A stretch of DNA of 63,149 nt, the filler included, from Octopus bimaculoides (lineage: Eukaryota): NCBI RefSeq assembly GCF_001194135.2. It is 6 parts of 6 records of this genome, joined end to end, with 100 filler letters (N's around TTAATTAATTAA, not from the genome) between each part and the next. Parts side by side here need not be neighbours in the genome. Positions count along the whole stretch, not along the records: positions 22,893 to 48,360 come from NC_069006.1; positions 48,461 to 51,806 come from NC_068986.1; positions 51,907 to 54,811 come from NW_026343203.1; 3 more parts are not named here. The stretch is one strand, 5' to 3'. Shown one piece after another: positions 40,943 through 53,782 of the stretch. Position numbers and translations under genes: made by a program. Under the pieces are notes generated by a model. The model was given only the letters and a program-made list of their open reading frames with translations. It ran no database searches and was not told the DNA's origin. Every line of letters starts with the position of its first letter. Position 1 is the first letter of the stretch.

Positions 40943-41156
40943 CCTTTCTGCTATAGGCACAAGGCCTGAAATTTTGGGGAAAAGAGGCTAGTCAATTATA
41001 TCGACCCCGGTGCTGAACTGGTACTTATTTTATCGACCCCGAAAGGATCAAAAGCATAGTTGACCTCGGTGGAATTTGAACCCAGAACGTAGAGACGGAC
41101 GAAATGCCGCTAAGCATTATGCCCGGCGTGCTAACGATTTTACCAGCTCGCTGCCT
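40941..41156 (-). mobile_element. SINE-A (tail variant 2) with (ATT)n tail at 40887-40940
   Basis: atcctttctgctataggcacaaggcctgaaattttgggg...ggaatttgaacccagaacgtag...ccagctcgctgcc. Confidence 0.85.
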
Positions 41157-41738
41157 CACTGATCCATTCTAATACTAAACTGAAGAAATGAGCTTGTTTC
41201 GACCTGCGGACACATAATCAATCTCTTTCTCATGTACTTCCAAACAGACTCTCTTGACACATGGTGAAGTGCTATTACTCATCTTCTATATTATTTTGTG
41301 CAAGGTTTTGCAGTTCTTTGCTTATTTATTCATTCACTCGTTTGTTTGTTTGTTTGTTTGTTTGTTTGTTTCATATGGTTTCTGTTTTGTTTTCTGTATT
41401 TTTCCCCGTCCGCAAAAATTACGTTAAAAATTCTTCCTTTGAACAATTTTAATGTCCATGTAACACTTTAAAAAAATGATAGCAAAATTAAAAAGAGATA
41501 TACAGGATAAATATATACTATATATTTACGAATGCACATAAGTATGTATGTATGTATGTATGTATGTGTATATGTGAATGTGTACATGTGTCTCTATCTT
41601 TATGTATATCTGTGCCGGGGTTTGTGCATATGTCTATGTATGAATCTATCTGTATTTATATATGTATTTATTTGTATATATGTATGTACGTATGTATATA
41701 TGTATATGCATGCGTATATATGCATACATAATCATATG

Positions 41739-41827
<89 letters not shown>

Positions 41828-42199
41828 ATGCGTGTGTGTGTATGAAAGTATGTATGAATATACGTACATTTGTAAAGAAGCTTTTTTGTAACTTACATTC
41901 ATCTTCGCATCAACGCATACATGTAGCCGTTTGTGTGCTTATGTGTATACACACACGCTCGCATCTGTATGCGTGTAGGTATTTGATGTCTTTAAAGTTA
42001 ATAGATTTACCTGATCCGATTCAAATTTCCGATCAACCGGTCTTTTTGTTGCCTCTACACATCAGTGACTCAAGACGAAATCACTTATACCGCATTTCTC
42101 TGTACTTTCGTATATTTACAAAAGTACTGGGGTTGTTGTAATCTTCTTCCCCTTCCCAGCGCCAAAATTTGAAACCATCACATTGATATGTGGGGTGGG

Positions 42200-43030
42200 A
42201 AGAATCATTAACACGCTGGACAAAGCAAGAATTTCTTCCAGCATTATATCCCGAGTTCAAATGCCACCGAGGTCGATGTTGCTTTTCAGCTTTTCGGGAT
42301 ATAAAAATTAAGTACTAGTTGAGCACTCAATCGACTAGCCCTCCCCCACAAAAAAATTTCGGGCCTTGTACCCAAAATAGAAACGTTATATTAATATATT
42401 CGGCCTAGTTCCGGCCCTTGTATCCTCCGCCCTTCTTCAGGTGTATATTGTATTCAGTTATGTTTCCGGAATCTTCAATTGATCCCGTTGTAATATAATA
42501 ATGGAAAGTCGTCGACAAACATCAAAGAGAGCTGAAAAGAATATTATGGCGTGAACTCTTTAATTAGAAAGGTTATAGCGGTTTTACAGGTCTAACGACA
42601 GTTTTAAAATCCGGAATGAAATTCGTGGAAGAAATCGTTCAGGTCAAAATTCAGGGAGGAAAAAAGCATTGGACTTATGTCCCTTTGCTTCGGACCAGCA
42701 CAGGCCACTACGGCATGAGAGATATTTATCTGTAAGGTGGGATTGATGTTGGAGTGAGGAGAGATGTGAGCACAGGGAAGAGGGGATTGTGGGATAGAGT
42801 TAACTATCCTTTCTGCTGTAGGTACAAACACAAGGCCTGAAATATTTTGTGGGAAGAGGGTTAATCGATTACATCGACCCCATTAATAACATTGTACTTA
42901 TTTTATCGACCCTGGAAGATTGAAAGACAAAGTTTTCCACGATGGAATTTAAACTCACAGCGGTGAACCGGAAGAAATACCACGAAGCATTTTGTCCGGC
43001 GTGCTAACGATGCAGTTAACGTGCCCGCTT
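42200..43030. mobile_element. Two SINE-A copies in opposite orientation (+ about 42200-42392; - about 42806-43030)
   Basis: gagttcaaatgccaccgaggtcga...gggccttgtacc; atcctttctgctgtaggtacaaacacaaggcctg...ccggcgtgctaacg. Confidence 0.75.
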
Positions 43031-43174
43031 TGGATAGGGTTAATTATAAAATCGTGTTTAGTAGTGTACATGTATATATCTGTATATGTTTGTATGTGTA
43101 TCAAGGTTGCGGGCTGCAAGCAATATATTAATTCTACACAACGGACATTTTCTTATTAGCTATTCATATACATA

Positions 43175-43748
43175 AGCGCAGGCGTGGCTGTGTGGCAAGA
43201 GGTTTGCTTCTCAACGCATGGTTACGGGTTCGGTCATACTGCGTGGAACCTTGGTCTGGTGTCTTCTACCATAGCCTAAGGCCGACTAAATTCTTGTGAG
43301 TGGGTGTGGTAGACGGAAACTAAAAGAAGCCCGTCGTGCGCGTGTATATGTATATGTGTGTGTGGTGGGGTGTATCTTGGTGTTTGTTCCCTTTCCACCG
43401 CTTGAGAACCAGGGTCGGCCCTAGGGTTGTTGGCACCCCGGGTAAGCTGAATTTCGGTGTGTACAAGCTGACCGTCGTGGAAATTTCCGTGTCTTTGTGA
43501 CGCACTCCTTGGCGCCCCCTAGCACATGGCGCCCCGGGCGACTGCCCGAGTTACTGGTGCCCTCAGCCAGCCCTGTTCGCAGCTGCTGTTGGTGCGTTTA
43601 CGTCTCCGGCACTTAGCTGTTTGGCAAAAAGTGTCCGATGGAACAAGTACCATGCCTGAAAAAGAAAATAAGTACAGGGTCGATCCTTTCGGCTAGAAGG
43701 GGGTGCCCCAGCATGGCCGCAGGTCTAATGACAGGCAAACAAATAAAG
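43175..43748 (+). mobile_element. SINE-B interrupted by a GC-rich insert
   Basis: Head gcgcaggcgtggctgtgtgg...; body resumes with gttggtgcgtttacgtc after the 43410-43575 insert. Confidence 0.8.
43410..43575. mobile_element. GC-rich MITE-like insert, possibly PIF/Harbinger
   Basis: Imperfect terminal inverted repeats cagggtcggccc / cagccagccctg and internal ggcgcccc motifs; no clean TSD. Confidence 0.5.
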
Positions 43749-43874
43749 TTTTATTATGAACATAAGAACACTTCTAGGACGATTCTAGATACAATATATT
43801 GTGGAAGTTCTAAAGATAATTTATGGACAGCCTATGTGTGTGCGTATGTGCGCGCGCGCGCGTATGTGAGTGCG

Positions 43875-43907
<33 letters not shown>

Positions 43908-44479
43908 TGTACATACATACATACATACATACATACATACATACATACATGAATTGTTTCACTAACTGCTAAACCACTACATTCAACGCTCAGTCAACAT
44001 TTACATTTGCGAATCTATTGTCTCGAACGACAATAAAGTAATAAAAATTAGAAACTTTAAACCTAACATATTTTTTTCTTTATGGTTGTGGGTTTAATAA
44101 AGTAAAAACAATTAACATTTGTTGACAATTAAGTGCAATAAATTTGCAATCTTTTAAATTTAATTATCGCCAGAGAGTTAAATCGGTGGGAACATTCTCA
44201 GATAAGATTTACATCAAATGCAAACGCAGAAAGCCTGAGATAGTTTGTCTGGGAGAGGAGAAAACAGAAAAACAAATGAACAAAAAGACATAAATTATTG
44301 TTGTGGAGTTCAGCGGCCTTGCAGATATCAACGTTCCTTTCGAAGTGAGATTAGAGAGAAAATATTTACGGAAAACTGGTTGGAGGGCTTCAGCTTCTCT
44401 CTGAGTATAAATTTACATTCGATGCATTTCGTTATGTCTTAGTCGTAACACACACACACATTCACATGCATACTCATAC

Positions 44480-44529
<50 letters not shown>

Positions 44530-44652
44530 TGGTTTTCAGAGCAGCCAAGCTCCATATATATATGTTTACCTTCTGGTCATTTCAAAATGTAACCACATTT
44601 GAATCGTTGGCGATTTTCTTCCTGCGTCTTCCTTTCTATTGGACTTTCCTCT

Positions 44653-44688
44653 GTTTCCGAAGAAGAGCGTTTGCTCGAAACGTTAAAT
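44653..44688 (+). ncRNA. Minimal hammerhead-ribozyme-like motif of the Penelope pseudo-LTR type
   Basis: ttt-CCGAAGA-A-GAGC(gttt)GCTC-GAAA-CGTT-aaa: core with U4C variant, extra A, 4-bp stem II, palindromic ACGT stem III, GUU triplet, 3-4 bp stem I. Confidence 0.55.
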
Positions 44689-45409
44689 CATCTTTCCTTC
44701 CTTGAGCGTCTGCTAATAATTTACATGTACCACGTCCTCGCGTTGTTGTGCTTCTTGTGTTTGTTCTTCTTCTCTTCTGGATTTACTATATATATATATG
44801 TGTATATATATCTATATATANNNNNNNNNNNNNNNNNNNNNNNNNNNNNNNNNNNNNNNNNNNNNNNNNNNNNNNNNNNNNNNNNNNNNNNNNNNNNNNN
44901 NNNNNNNNNNNNNNNNNNNNNNNNNNNNNNNNNNNNNNNNNNNNNNNNNNNNNNNNNNNNNNNNNNNNNNNNNNNNNNNNNNNNNNNNNNNNNNNNNNNN
45001 NNNNNNNNNNNNNNNNNNNNNNNNNNNNNNNNNNNNNNNNNNNNNNNNNNNNNNNNNNNNNNNNNNNNNNNNNNNNNNNNNNNNNNNNNNNNNNNNNNNN
45101 NNNNNNNNNNNNNNNNNNNNNNNNNNNNNNNNNNNNNNNNNNNNNNNNNNNNNNNNNNNNNNNNNNNNNNNNNNNNNNNNNNNNNNNNNNNNNNNNNNNN
45201 NNNNNNNNNNNNNNNNNNNNNNNNNNNNNNNNNNNNNNNNNNNNNNNNNNNNNNNNNNNNNNNNNNNNNNNNNNNNNNNNNNNNNNNNNNNNNNNNNNNN
45301 NNNNNNNNNNNNNNNNNNNNNNNNNNNNNNNNNNNNNNNNNNNNNNNNNNNNNNNNNNNNNNNNNNNNNNNNNNNNNNNNNNNNNNNNNNNNNNNNNNNN
45401 NNNNNNNNN

Positions 45410-45444
<35 letters not shown>

Positions 45445-45769
45445 GCACATGCATTATTACATACATACATACATACATACATGCATGCATACATACATAC
45501 GTACATACATACATACACACATACATACACACATACATACATACATATATAAATACATGCATACATATATACATACGTACATACGAACGTACGTACGTAC
45601 ATACATACACACACACGCATACATAGGCATGCATGCACGTATGTATGTATATATCTATGTATATAGATATGTATATATATGTATATGTATGATATGTTTA
45701 TATGTAAGCATAATGTAATGTTAATAGCCTTCATTGTCATTAATAAACGTTCTGAACGGAAAGCTTACA

Positions 45770-46070
45770 ATTTCTCATACATAGGCCTACGTCTGATCCC
45801 GCCGCCCAATGTTGGTAACAAAAACCCCTTCCGGCGAAGCCACAAGTCAGAGTGCTACTTCCTGTTCGTACCGGTTTGCTTTGGCTTCCCCTTTATTCCT
45901 CGGCATTTTAATCAGAGAACAGCAATACGTCTCCTGTTCCACGGTAATCACACCTCTCTTCATATCACTCGTTCTTGCTCCGGTCTCTCATTAGCAACAC
46001 CTTCTAATTTCTTGCAATCAATACGGTGCTTGATCAGGTCGTTCTTGCAGATGTCTTTCACACGCAGCTT
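45770..46070 (-). mobile_element. RTE-clade LINE 3' ORF fragment
   Basis: LRVKDICKNDLIKHRIDCKKLEGVANER matches the RTE C-terminal LR.KD.CK.D motif; a decayed C-terminal zinc-finger-like region follows. Confidence 0.55.
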
Positions 46071-46240
46071 TCTATATTTTCATGTATTCATAAATGCATA
46101 TGCACGCGCAAACACATGCACACATATATACATACACATATTTTTATATGCATACATACATGTATGCATATATATGTGTGAATGTATGTGTGTGCGTATT
46201 TATAACCATCTCCCCCCTCTCTCTCTCTATATATATATAT

Positions 46241-46298
<58 letters not shown>

Positions 46299-46789
46299 GC
46301 ATACAATATATATACACATACATAAATGTATACATATATGTGCATGAGTGTGTGCATATCTAGACACTCAGACACATACTTATATACTTACGCACACATA
46401 CATACATACTTAAGAACACATACATACGCCAAAAGATAAACACATAAAATGAAACAAAAACAAACACGAAGTGTAAATTTAGAAGTTACAAAATATTAGA
46501 GTGCCAGGGTGTAATTAGTGCATCATTATCAAGTTGTAGACGCGAGTAATTAACAATAATTATCCAGATTTATCTAGTTTCACAGCAGAGAACTACCATG
46601 AGGCCATTAAATAATTATTAAGTGGTGGACATTAGCTGTTACAAACACTCTGAAGTGGTACGTTATAAATATTCCTTTCGCCATTGCCGCCCCGTATTCA
46701 GTTTGAATTGATTTCTATTTTCTGAGTTGTCCCCCTTGCCTTTATTGACCAGAATTAAATGTTAAGTAATCTTTTGTGTTTCATTGTTT

Positions 46790-46978
46790 TCTTGTTTCTT
46801 GTGGCCATGCTGGGGAACTGTCTTGAAGGGGTTTAGTTGAATGAATGGACCTCGGTACTCATTTTACTTTTTCGTAAGTCCTTCTGCCAAACCGCTAAGT
46901 TACTTGACGTAAATTTGGACGGTTGTCATGCGGCGGTAGAGGACGAACACAAAGATGCACACCGTTATATACAAAGGC

Positions 46979-47050
<72 letters not shown>

Positions 47051-47275
47051 TTCTATACATTTGTATATTATATGCAGATACATGTGTGTGTGTATGTGTG
47101 TGTGTGTGTGTGTGTGTATGTGTGTGAGTGTGTGTTTATTTCGCAACACCATTTGACAACCGCTGTGGGTGTTTCCGTCCCTGTAACTTCGCGGTTCGGC
47201 GAAAGAGTTGGATAGAATACGTACCGAGCTTTGAAAAACTGACAACTAAATACTGCTGTCGATTTGTTCGACTAG
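46790..47275. mobile_element. Two SINE-B 3' fragments in opposite orientation (- about 46790-46945; + about 47135-47275) around (AT)n/(GT)n
   Basis: tggccatgctgggg...gccaaaccgctaagttac; ttgacaaccgctg...gtaacttcgcggttcggcgaaagag. Confidence 0.7.
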
Positions 47276-48016
47276 GAACTTACAATACAGAATGAAAGAC
47301 GCAAAAACATAATTTTGGAAATATTTACTTGAATGGGAAACACAATACGAACAGCAACGATCACCATAACCATCAGCAACAACGTAGCATCTTTTAGAAA
47401 CATAGAAACACAGAAGGTCAGAAAGAACGACTTGACTTCACACAATTCAACAGAAAGAAGGAATGAAAAAGTTACGTTACAAAAGGTAGTACCTCCTTGC
47501 ACGACGAAATATCTTTCTTCGACCAGTGAATCCCATGTTCATGTTGATATAGCGTACCTTTCTGAATATCTACCTCTAATATTTGTGATCCCAATACATC
47601 TCTTCAACAAATACTTCAAGCCCCAACCCCAGACTATCTCTCCCTATCCAGACCTTCAAACAAAAATTATTGTACTGGCCTTAGTCATTGTTCCGACCTT
47701 TTTTCAACCCTTAAACCCTTTCATTATAATCATTTCCATCCTCCCACTAAATAGCAGTCAAGTGTATTTCACCTTACAGTTTGATTAAGCTATGATGCAT
47801 GAAACTCCGAAGTCACTGTCAATAAAATTACAATATTTGTTAGACTCAACACATGCATTGATTATCTTATTCAGACAGTGATTGTTTTTATGTAATTCAA
47901 GCATTTACTCATACGATTGTTTTTGTGTGTGCATAGATCTATAGAGACACATATACACACGCATACATACATATATGCATGCACATGTATACACATGTTC
48001 TGTGATATATGATATA

Positions 48017-48060
<44 letters not shown>

Positions 48061-48266
48061 ATCTTTATACATATATATATAATATATAAACATACACACA
48101 CACACACATATATATATATACACTCACACATATATATATACACTCACACGCACGTGTAATACAATGTACATACATATATATATATGCATACATATATGAT
48201 GTATATATATACATATATGTCATGTGTATTCATATGATATATTTATATCATATATAAATACACATA

Positions 48267-48360
<94 letters not shown>

Positions 48361-48460
48361 NNNNNNNNNNNNNNNNNNNNNNNNNNNNNNNNNNNNNNNN
48401 NNNNTTAATTAATTAANNNNNNNNNNNNNNNNNNNNNNNNNNNNNNNNNNNNNNNNNNNN

Positions 48461-48519
<59 letters not shown>

Positions 48520-48748
48520 ACATATATACTGGTATGTATGTGTGTAGTTTTGAACCAAAATCTATTTTTCTGCTATGTATTATTAATATGCTTGGTTTCG
48601 CACTTTAGTCATGTCTAGTGGAACATACTTATCTCTTTTTCCTTTGCATTTACTGTTCTCGTGGGACACAAAAGCAAATATGATTAATATTATCTTGATT
48701 CATCTCATCGCTATCTGTACTCACCTTCTATTTCCTCCTCCTCCTCTT

Positions 48749-48850
<102 letters not shown>

Positions 48851-49143
48851 TTTGTTTTTGTTGTTGTTATAATATTTTTGTAATATTATTAATGTTGTTT
48901 TTGTTTATAATATTAAATATTATTACTGTTAATGCTATTATTGTTACTGTGCTTCTGTGTTCCTACTTAATGATGTCCGTATCTGTTTCATTATACATCT
49001 GTTATACTCTCTCTGTTGCCCTGTTTGTTGTTTCAATCAGTTAACTGATGTATGGAACAAGATAAGATTAAGTGACGACATCTTAATGAATTAAACATAT
49101 GACTTCTATACCAGCCCTCATATTACTTGTACGTATGTATGCG

Positions 49144-49200
<57 letters not shown>

Positions 49201-49310
49201 CTATGCATGTCTGTATGTATGCATGCATTTATGTATGCATGTATGAACGTATGTATATATGTATGTATGAATGTATGTGTATATATGTCTCTCTCTCACT
49301 ATTTTACTCT

Positions 49311-49687
49311 TTTACTATTTTACTTGTTTTAGTCTTTTGACTGTGGCCATGCTGGAGCACCGCCTTTAGTCGCGCAAATCGACCCCAGGACTTATTGTTT
49401 GGAAGCCTAGTACTTATTATATCGGTCTCTTTTGCCGAACCGCTAAGTTACGGGGACATAAACACACCATCATCGGTTGTCAAGCGATGTTGGGGGGGGA
49501 AACACAGACATACAAACACATACACATATACATATATATATACATATATATGACAGGCTTCTTTCAGTTTCCGTCTACCAAATCCACTCACAAGGCTTTG
49601 GTCGGCCCGAGGCTATAGTAGAAGAAATTTGCCCAAGATGCCACGTAGTGGGACTGAACCCGGGACCATGTGTTTGGTAAGCAAGCT
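49311..49687 (-). mobile_element. Near full-length SINE-B, head lost in gap
   Basis: ttactc...gtggccatgctggagcaccgcc...gggactgaacccgggaccatgtg..tggtaagcaagct. Confidence 0.9.
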
Positions 49688-51029
49688 NNNNNNNNNNNNN
49701 NNNNNNNNNNNNNNNNNNNNNNNNNNNNNNNNNNNNNNNNNNNNNNNNNNNNNNNNNNNNNNNNNNNNNNNNNNNNNNNNNNNNNNNNNNNNNNNNNNNN
49801 NNNNNNNNNNNNNNNNNNNNNNNNNNNNNNNNNNNNNNNNNNNNNNNNNNNNNNNNNNNNNNNNNNNNNNNNNNNNNNNNNNNNNNNNNNNNNNNNNNNN
49901 NNNNNNNNNNNNNNNNNNNNNNNNNNNNNNNNNNNNNNNNNNNNNNNNNNNNNNNNNNNNNNNNNNNNNNNNNNNNNNNNNNNNNNNNNNNNNNNNNNNN
50001 NNNNNNNNNNNNNNNNNNNNNNNNNNNNNNNNNNNNNNNNNNNNNNNNNNNNNNNNNNNNNNNNNNNNNNNNNNNNNNNNNNNNNNNNNNNNNNNNNNNN
50101 NNNNNNNNNNNNNNNNNNNNNNNNNNNNNNNNNNNNNNNNNNNNNNNNNNNNNNNNNNNNNNNNNNNNNNNNNNNNNNNNNNNNNNNNNNNNNNNNNNNN
50201 NNNNNNNNNNNNNNNNNNNNNNNNNNNNNNNNNNNNNNNNNNNNNNNNNNNNNNNNNNNNNNNNNNNNNNNNNNNNNNNNNNNNNNNNNNNNNNNNNNNN
50301 NNNNNNNNNNNNNNNNNNNNNNNNNNNNNNNNNNNNNNNNNNNNNNNNNNNNNNNNNNNNNNNNNNNNNNNNNNNNNNNNNNNNNNNNNNNNNNNNNNNN
50401 NNNNNNNNNNNNNNNNNNNNNNNNNNNNNNNNNNNNNNNNNNNNNNNNNNNNNNNNNNNNNNNNNNNNNNNNNNNNNNNNNNNNNNNNNNNNNNNNNNNN
50501 NNNNNNNNNNNNNNNNNNNNNNNNNNNNNNNNNNNNNNNNNNNNNNNATATATATATAAACACATGCATACGTACATACACACATACATACATACATACA
50601 TATATACATAAAGCTTAAGATCAGTGAAAAAGCGAATACCTACGCTGAACTATTGAGAAATCTGTAGTTACTCTATCCAGATTCCAAGTTTAGATTTGTA
50701 CGTGTAATTATTCGGGACCTGGGATACGTAACGCACTGCCTAAATACTAAATTATAGAAAATTAGTCCTCTCAAAACCAGAGAGGAGAAAGTTGTTTCGA
50801 AAACTGCAGATCGAATCCATCACTGGAACTGTAAAATTCTGTAAAACTTTACAGACGTTTATCATTTCAGCATATAAGTCTAGACATGCAGCTATATGCA
50901 CGATAAGAGAGATGTAAAACAAAATATACGAATCTGCACGTATACACATGTACAAAAATAATCTGTTGGTGTTACAGTTCTATATTTAAGAGATGAAGAA
51001 CTATGTACATTATTTACATTATTTACATT

Positions 51030-51170
51030 TCACAGATATTTGTCCTCTTCTCCTTTGTCGTTAACACAACGTTTCGGCCGATATACACTCCAGCGTTCAT
51101 CACGAGCGTATGGCGTAGTGGTTTAGAGCGCGGGCTACTAACCCCAATGTTCCGAGTTCGATTCCAGATA
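51030..51170. mobile_element. Penelope-type hammerhead remnant (-, 51060-51104) fused to a tRNA-like SINE head (+, 51105-51167)
   Basis: Minus strand gTGATGA-A-cGCTG..CGGCc-GAAACGTT; plus strand tggcgtagtgg (A box)...gttcgattcc (B box). Confidence 0.55.
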
Positions 51171-52004
51171 ATGTACATTTTAAATACTAGGTCAGACTGC
51201 ATTAAACGGCGCCTTCACAAATGCTAGAGCTAAACATGTGATTGTGTGTATGAACGAGCGCGCATATATACGTGTGTAGGCATCTGTGAACATGTTTCTA
51301 TATATATATATAGAGAGAGAGAGAGCCAGAGAGACAGAGAGAGAGAGAAAGAGATGTATATAGAATTTACAAAAATATACAACAAAAGAAGAAGGCGGGT
51401 GTGTAAACAACAAACAAAGTATGAGTTTAACGCTCGGGAAATGAGAAAGTATTTTATATATGTGTATGTTTGTTTGTATGCATATATGTATGTATACATG
51501 TTTTGTATATATGTGAGTATCGGTGAATAGGCCTGCTTTGTGTACGTGCACGTACGCAAGTGTATGAGTTTACCAGTCTGGGTGGCTAAGAACGTGTGAA
51601 GAATGGAGTGTGATACCGAAAACATTAACACGTTTGCCAACGGAGATGATAACGTTATAATACAAATGCAAAGAGCATAAGGATTTGAGAATCTCAAAGG
51701 AGGCTCATGTTGCGATTGATAGTTCCGCAAATGAACACACAAGTGCATACATACACACACATATATATGAATACATGTATGATATATATATATATATATA
51801 TATATANNNNNNNNNNNNNNNNNNNNNNNNNNNNNNNNNNNNNNNNNNNNTTAATTAATTAANNNNNNNNNNNNNNNNNNNNNNNNNNNNNNNNNNNNNN
51901 NNNNNNCACACACACACATATATATATATATATTTGTTTTTGTTGTTATTTTACCCAAATTACTTTTTGTTTCTATTGGTAAATAACCTGTTATTTTATT
52001 TCAG

Positions 52005-52160
52005 ACACTTACTGATGTCTGGCCTGCAGGTATCACAAACGAAACTGCTTGGAGTAATTGTACTGACAGACTCAAATCAATGCCGTCTTTCAGCACTTGT
52101 TCCGACATAATGGTGTCTAACTTTACAGAAGAGATTCAACAATGTGTGGATGATATTCAG
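52005..52160 (+). CDS. Internal exon (phase 0-0, 52 codons) of a VWDE-like gene: TLTDVWPAGITNETAWSNCTDRLKSMPSFSTCSDIMVSNFTEEIQQCVDDIQ
   Basis: Acceptor ttattttatttcag| and donor CAG|gtgagc; open 156-nt frame. The WP..GIT...A...C-x12-C-x14-CV.DI pattern matches my recollection of the post-VWD cysteine-rich segment of VWDE proteins (not database-checked). Confidence 0.85.
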
Positions 52161-52510
52161 GTGAGCTAAATCAAGCCATTTTCTTTAGCTCTATATCTAT
52201 GTTTTGTATATGTATTTTTAATATAAGTTACTTTTTATTTAATTAATGGCTCAATTCATCAAAAGCAGTAAAGCATTCATGACCTTTTCTTTAGAATGTC
52301 TGAGACAGTTAAATATGCAGGATAATATATACAGTTTATATGAAATTTTATGAAACGATTTTATACATATAACATTTATTTGAAGTGCTTGTCTGCAAAT
52401 TTTTTTGTGTCTTGTGTTCTCGTTCTAACTTATCCTTCCTTCTTGTAGGAGTGGAATTGTTTAGTGGTTTTTAGTTTCTGGTTGTGTTGTAGATATATTA
52501 TACCCTACTC

Positions 52511-52778
52511 CAGACTTGGCCAATTCGAATTACATTGCAGGCCACTTTAATCACAGAAAGTGTTTTGAGGGCCACTTGTATACTTTATGCAGTAATAGTC
52601 AAATAGTCAAATTACAGAATCAAGAATTTTTCATACTTTTCATTTGTTTAAAATTATAAAATTGTAGGTTATTGCTTTATTGCCACTTATAAATTTTAAA
52701 TTTATTTTGAAACAAAACACTATACTTTAAGAAAGTACCAAGTGGGCCACAAGATAAAAGCCTGCAGGCCACATATAG
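52511..52778 (-). mobile_element. CpG-decayed copy of the 8001-8323 hAT family inside the VWDE-like intron
   Basis: cagacttggccaattcgaattacattgcaggccacttt...gagggccacttgtata and ggccacaagataaaag match the reverse complement of 8001-8323. Confidence 0.8.
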
Positions 52779-53355
52779 CTGGTATTTTCTGCCATATTTT
52801 ACAGACTTGATAATGATCCGTGAAGCTGCCTGGAGTAGCTGACATCTTTCACTTGTCAAAATATCTTCATATTACAACAGAGAGATAAAGTTTTAATGGT
52901 CATATGAATACAGACTCACTCACATCATGCATCAGTTTAGACATCTTCCACTTTAGATAACTTCCAGTTGATTCAAGTTTTGAGTGGAATTTGGTAGATG
53001 GAAACTGTGTGTAAGCCGCTTTAATGGTTTGTACAAACAGTTGTTGAATGGTAGTCTTAATGAATTGGCCAGTTTATTACAACCACCTGGCCCTGAATTG
53101 ACTCTAGCAGTCTTTATACTCAGTGACAGTCTTTAGGATAAGTGTCTGGTCACAGTCTAAAGACAACCTAATATCTTCATACATTATTTCCAGCTGCAGA
53201 TACCCATCACCTTTTTTCTTAATCATCTTCTACACACTAATCTTAGAGGTTCAACAAAATGGTCAAAGAGGCCACTAAAAAGGATATAATTGTGACATAA
53301 TTGCTAATATTTTGCTATATCTTATCATTTTTCTGTTTCTCTTTTTGCTTTTTAG

Positions 53356-53524
53356 TTAACTGGACAGTTGGATTGGACATATGATATGAGCAGCAGTGTA
53401 ATTAGCAGTTGTCAGAATGCAATTTCTTCAAGAGACAGTATGGCTGAGCAAAACAACACTGAGCCGGAACCAGAGAAATTGAAAACAGTGTGTGATTGTC
53501 GCAATCAAGAAACTTGTCAAGATG
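53356..53524 (+). CDS. Next exon (phase 0-1) of the same VWDE-like gene: LTGQLDWTYDMSSSVISSCQNAISSRDSMAEQNNTEPEPEKLKTVCDCRNQETCQD-G, entering an EGF-like repeat
   Basis: Acceptor tttctctttttgctttttag| and donor G|gtaact; splices in frame with 52005-52160 to give CVDDIQLTGQLDW-x11-C. Ends in phase 1 within a C..C.N...C..G EGF-like start. Confidence 0.85.
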
Positions 53525-53782
53525 GTAACTTCTATTTTCTTTGGAAATACTATTTTATAAGATATTAGCATTTTATGAACAATGGTGTCATTAGTTAAAG
53601 GTTTGCAATTGGCTAATCAATAGTTCATGCTTGTTATTGCTGTTGGGTTTTGTGTTGACCCTGAGAGGACAAACTTATGGTAAAAGGCTTTCCATCCTTG
53701 CTAATTCCATATTTCATCATTCAGACACATCAAGTTAACTGGTAACCTCAGTAGTACAGGTGCAAAAAAAAAAAAAAAATGT

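Noticed and set aside
47333-47788. 151-aa ORF in non-microsatellite DNA
   Set aside because: No recognisable domain and biased composition; it may be a decayed TE antisense frame.
51105-51167. tRNA gene (also the heads at 34300-34374 and 35648-35720)
   Set aside because: A/B boxes are present, but acceptor and anticodon stems are broken and they continue into SINE bodies.
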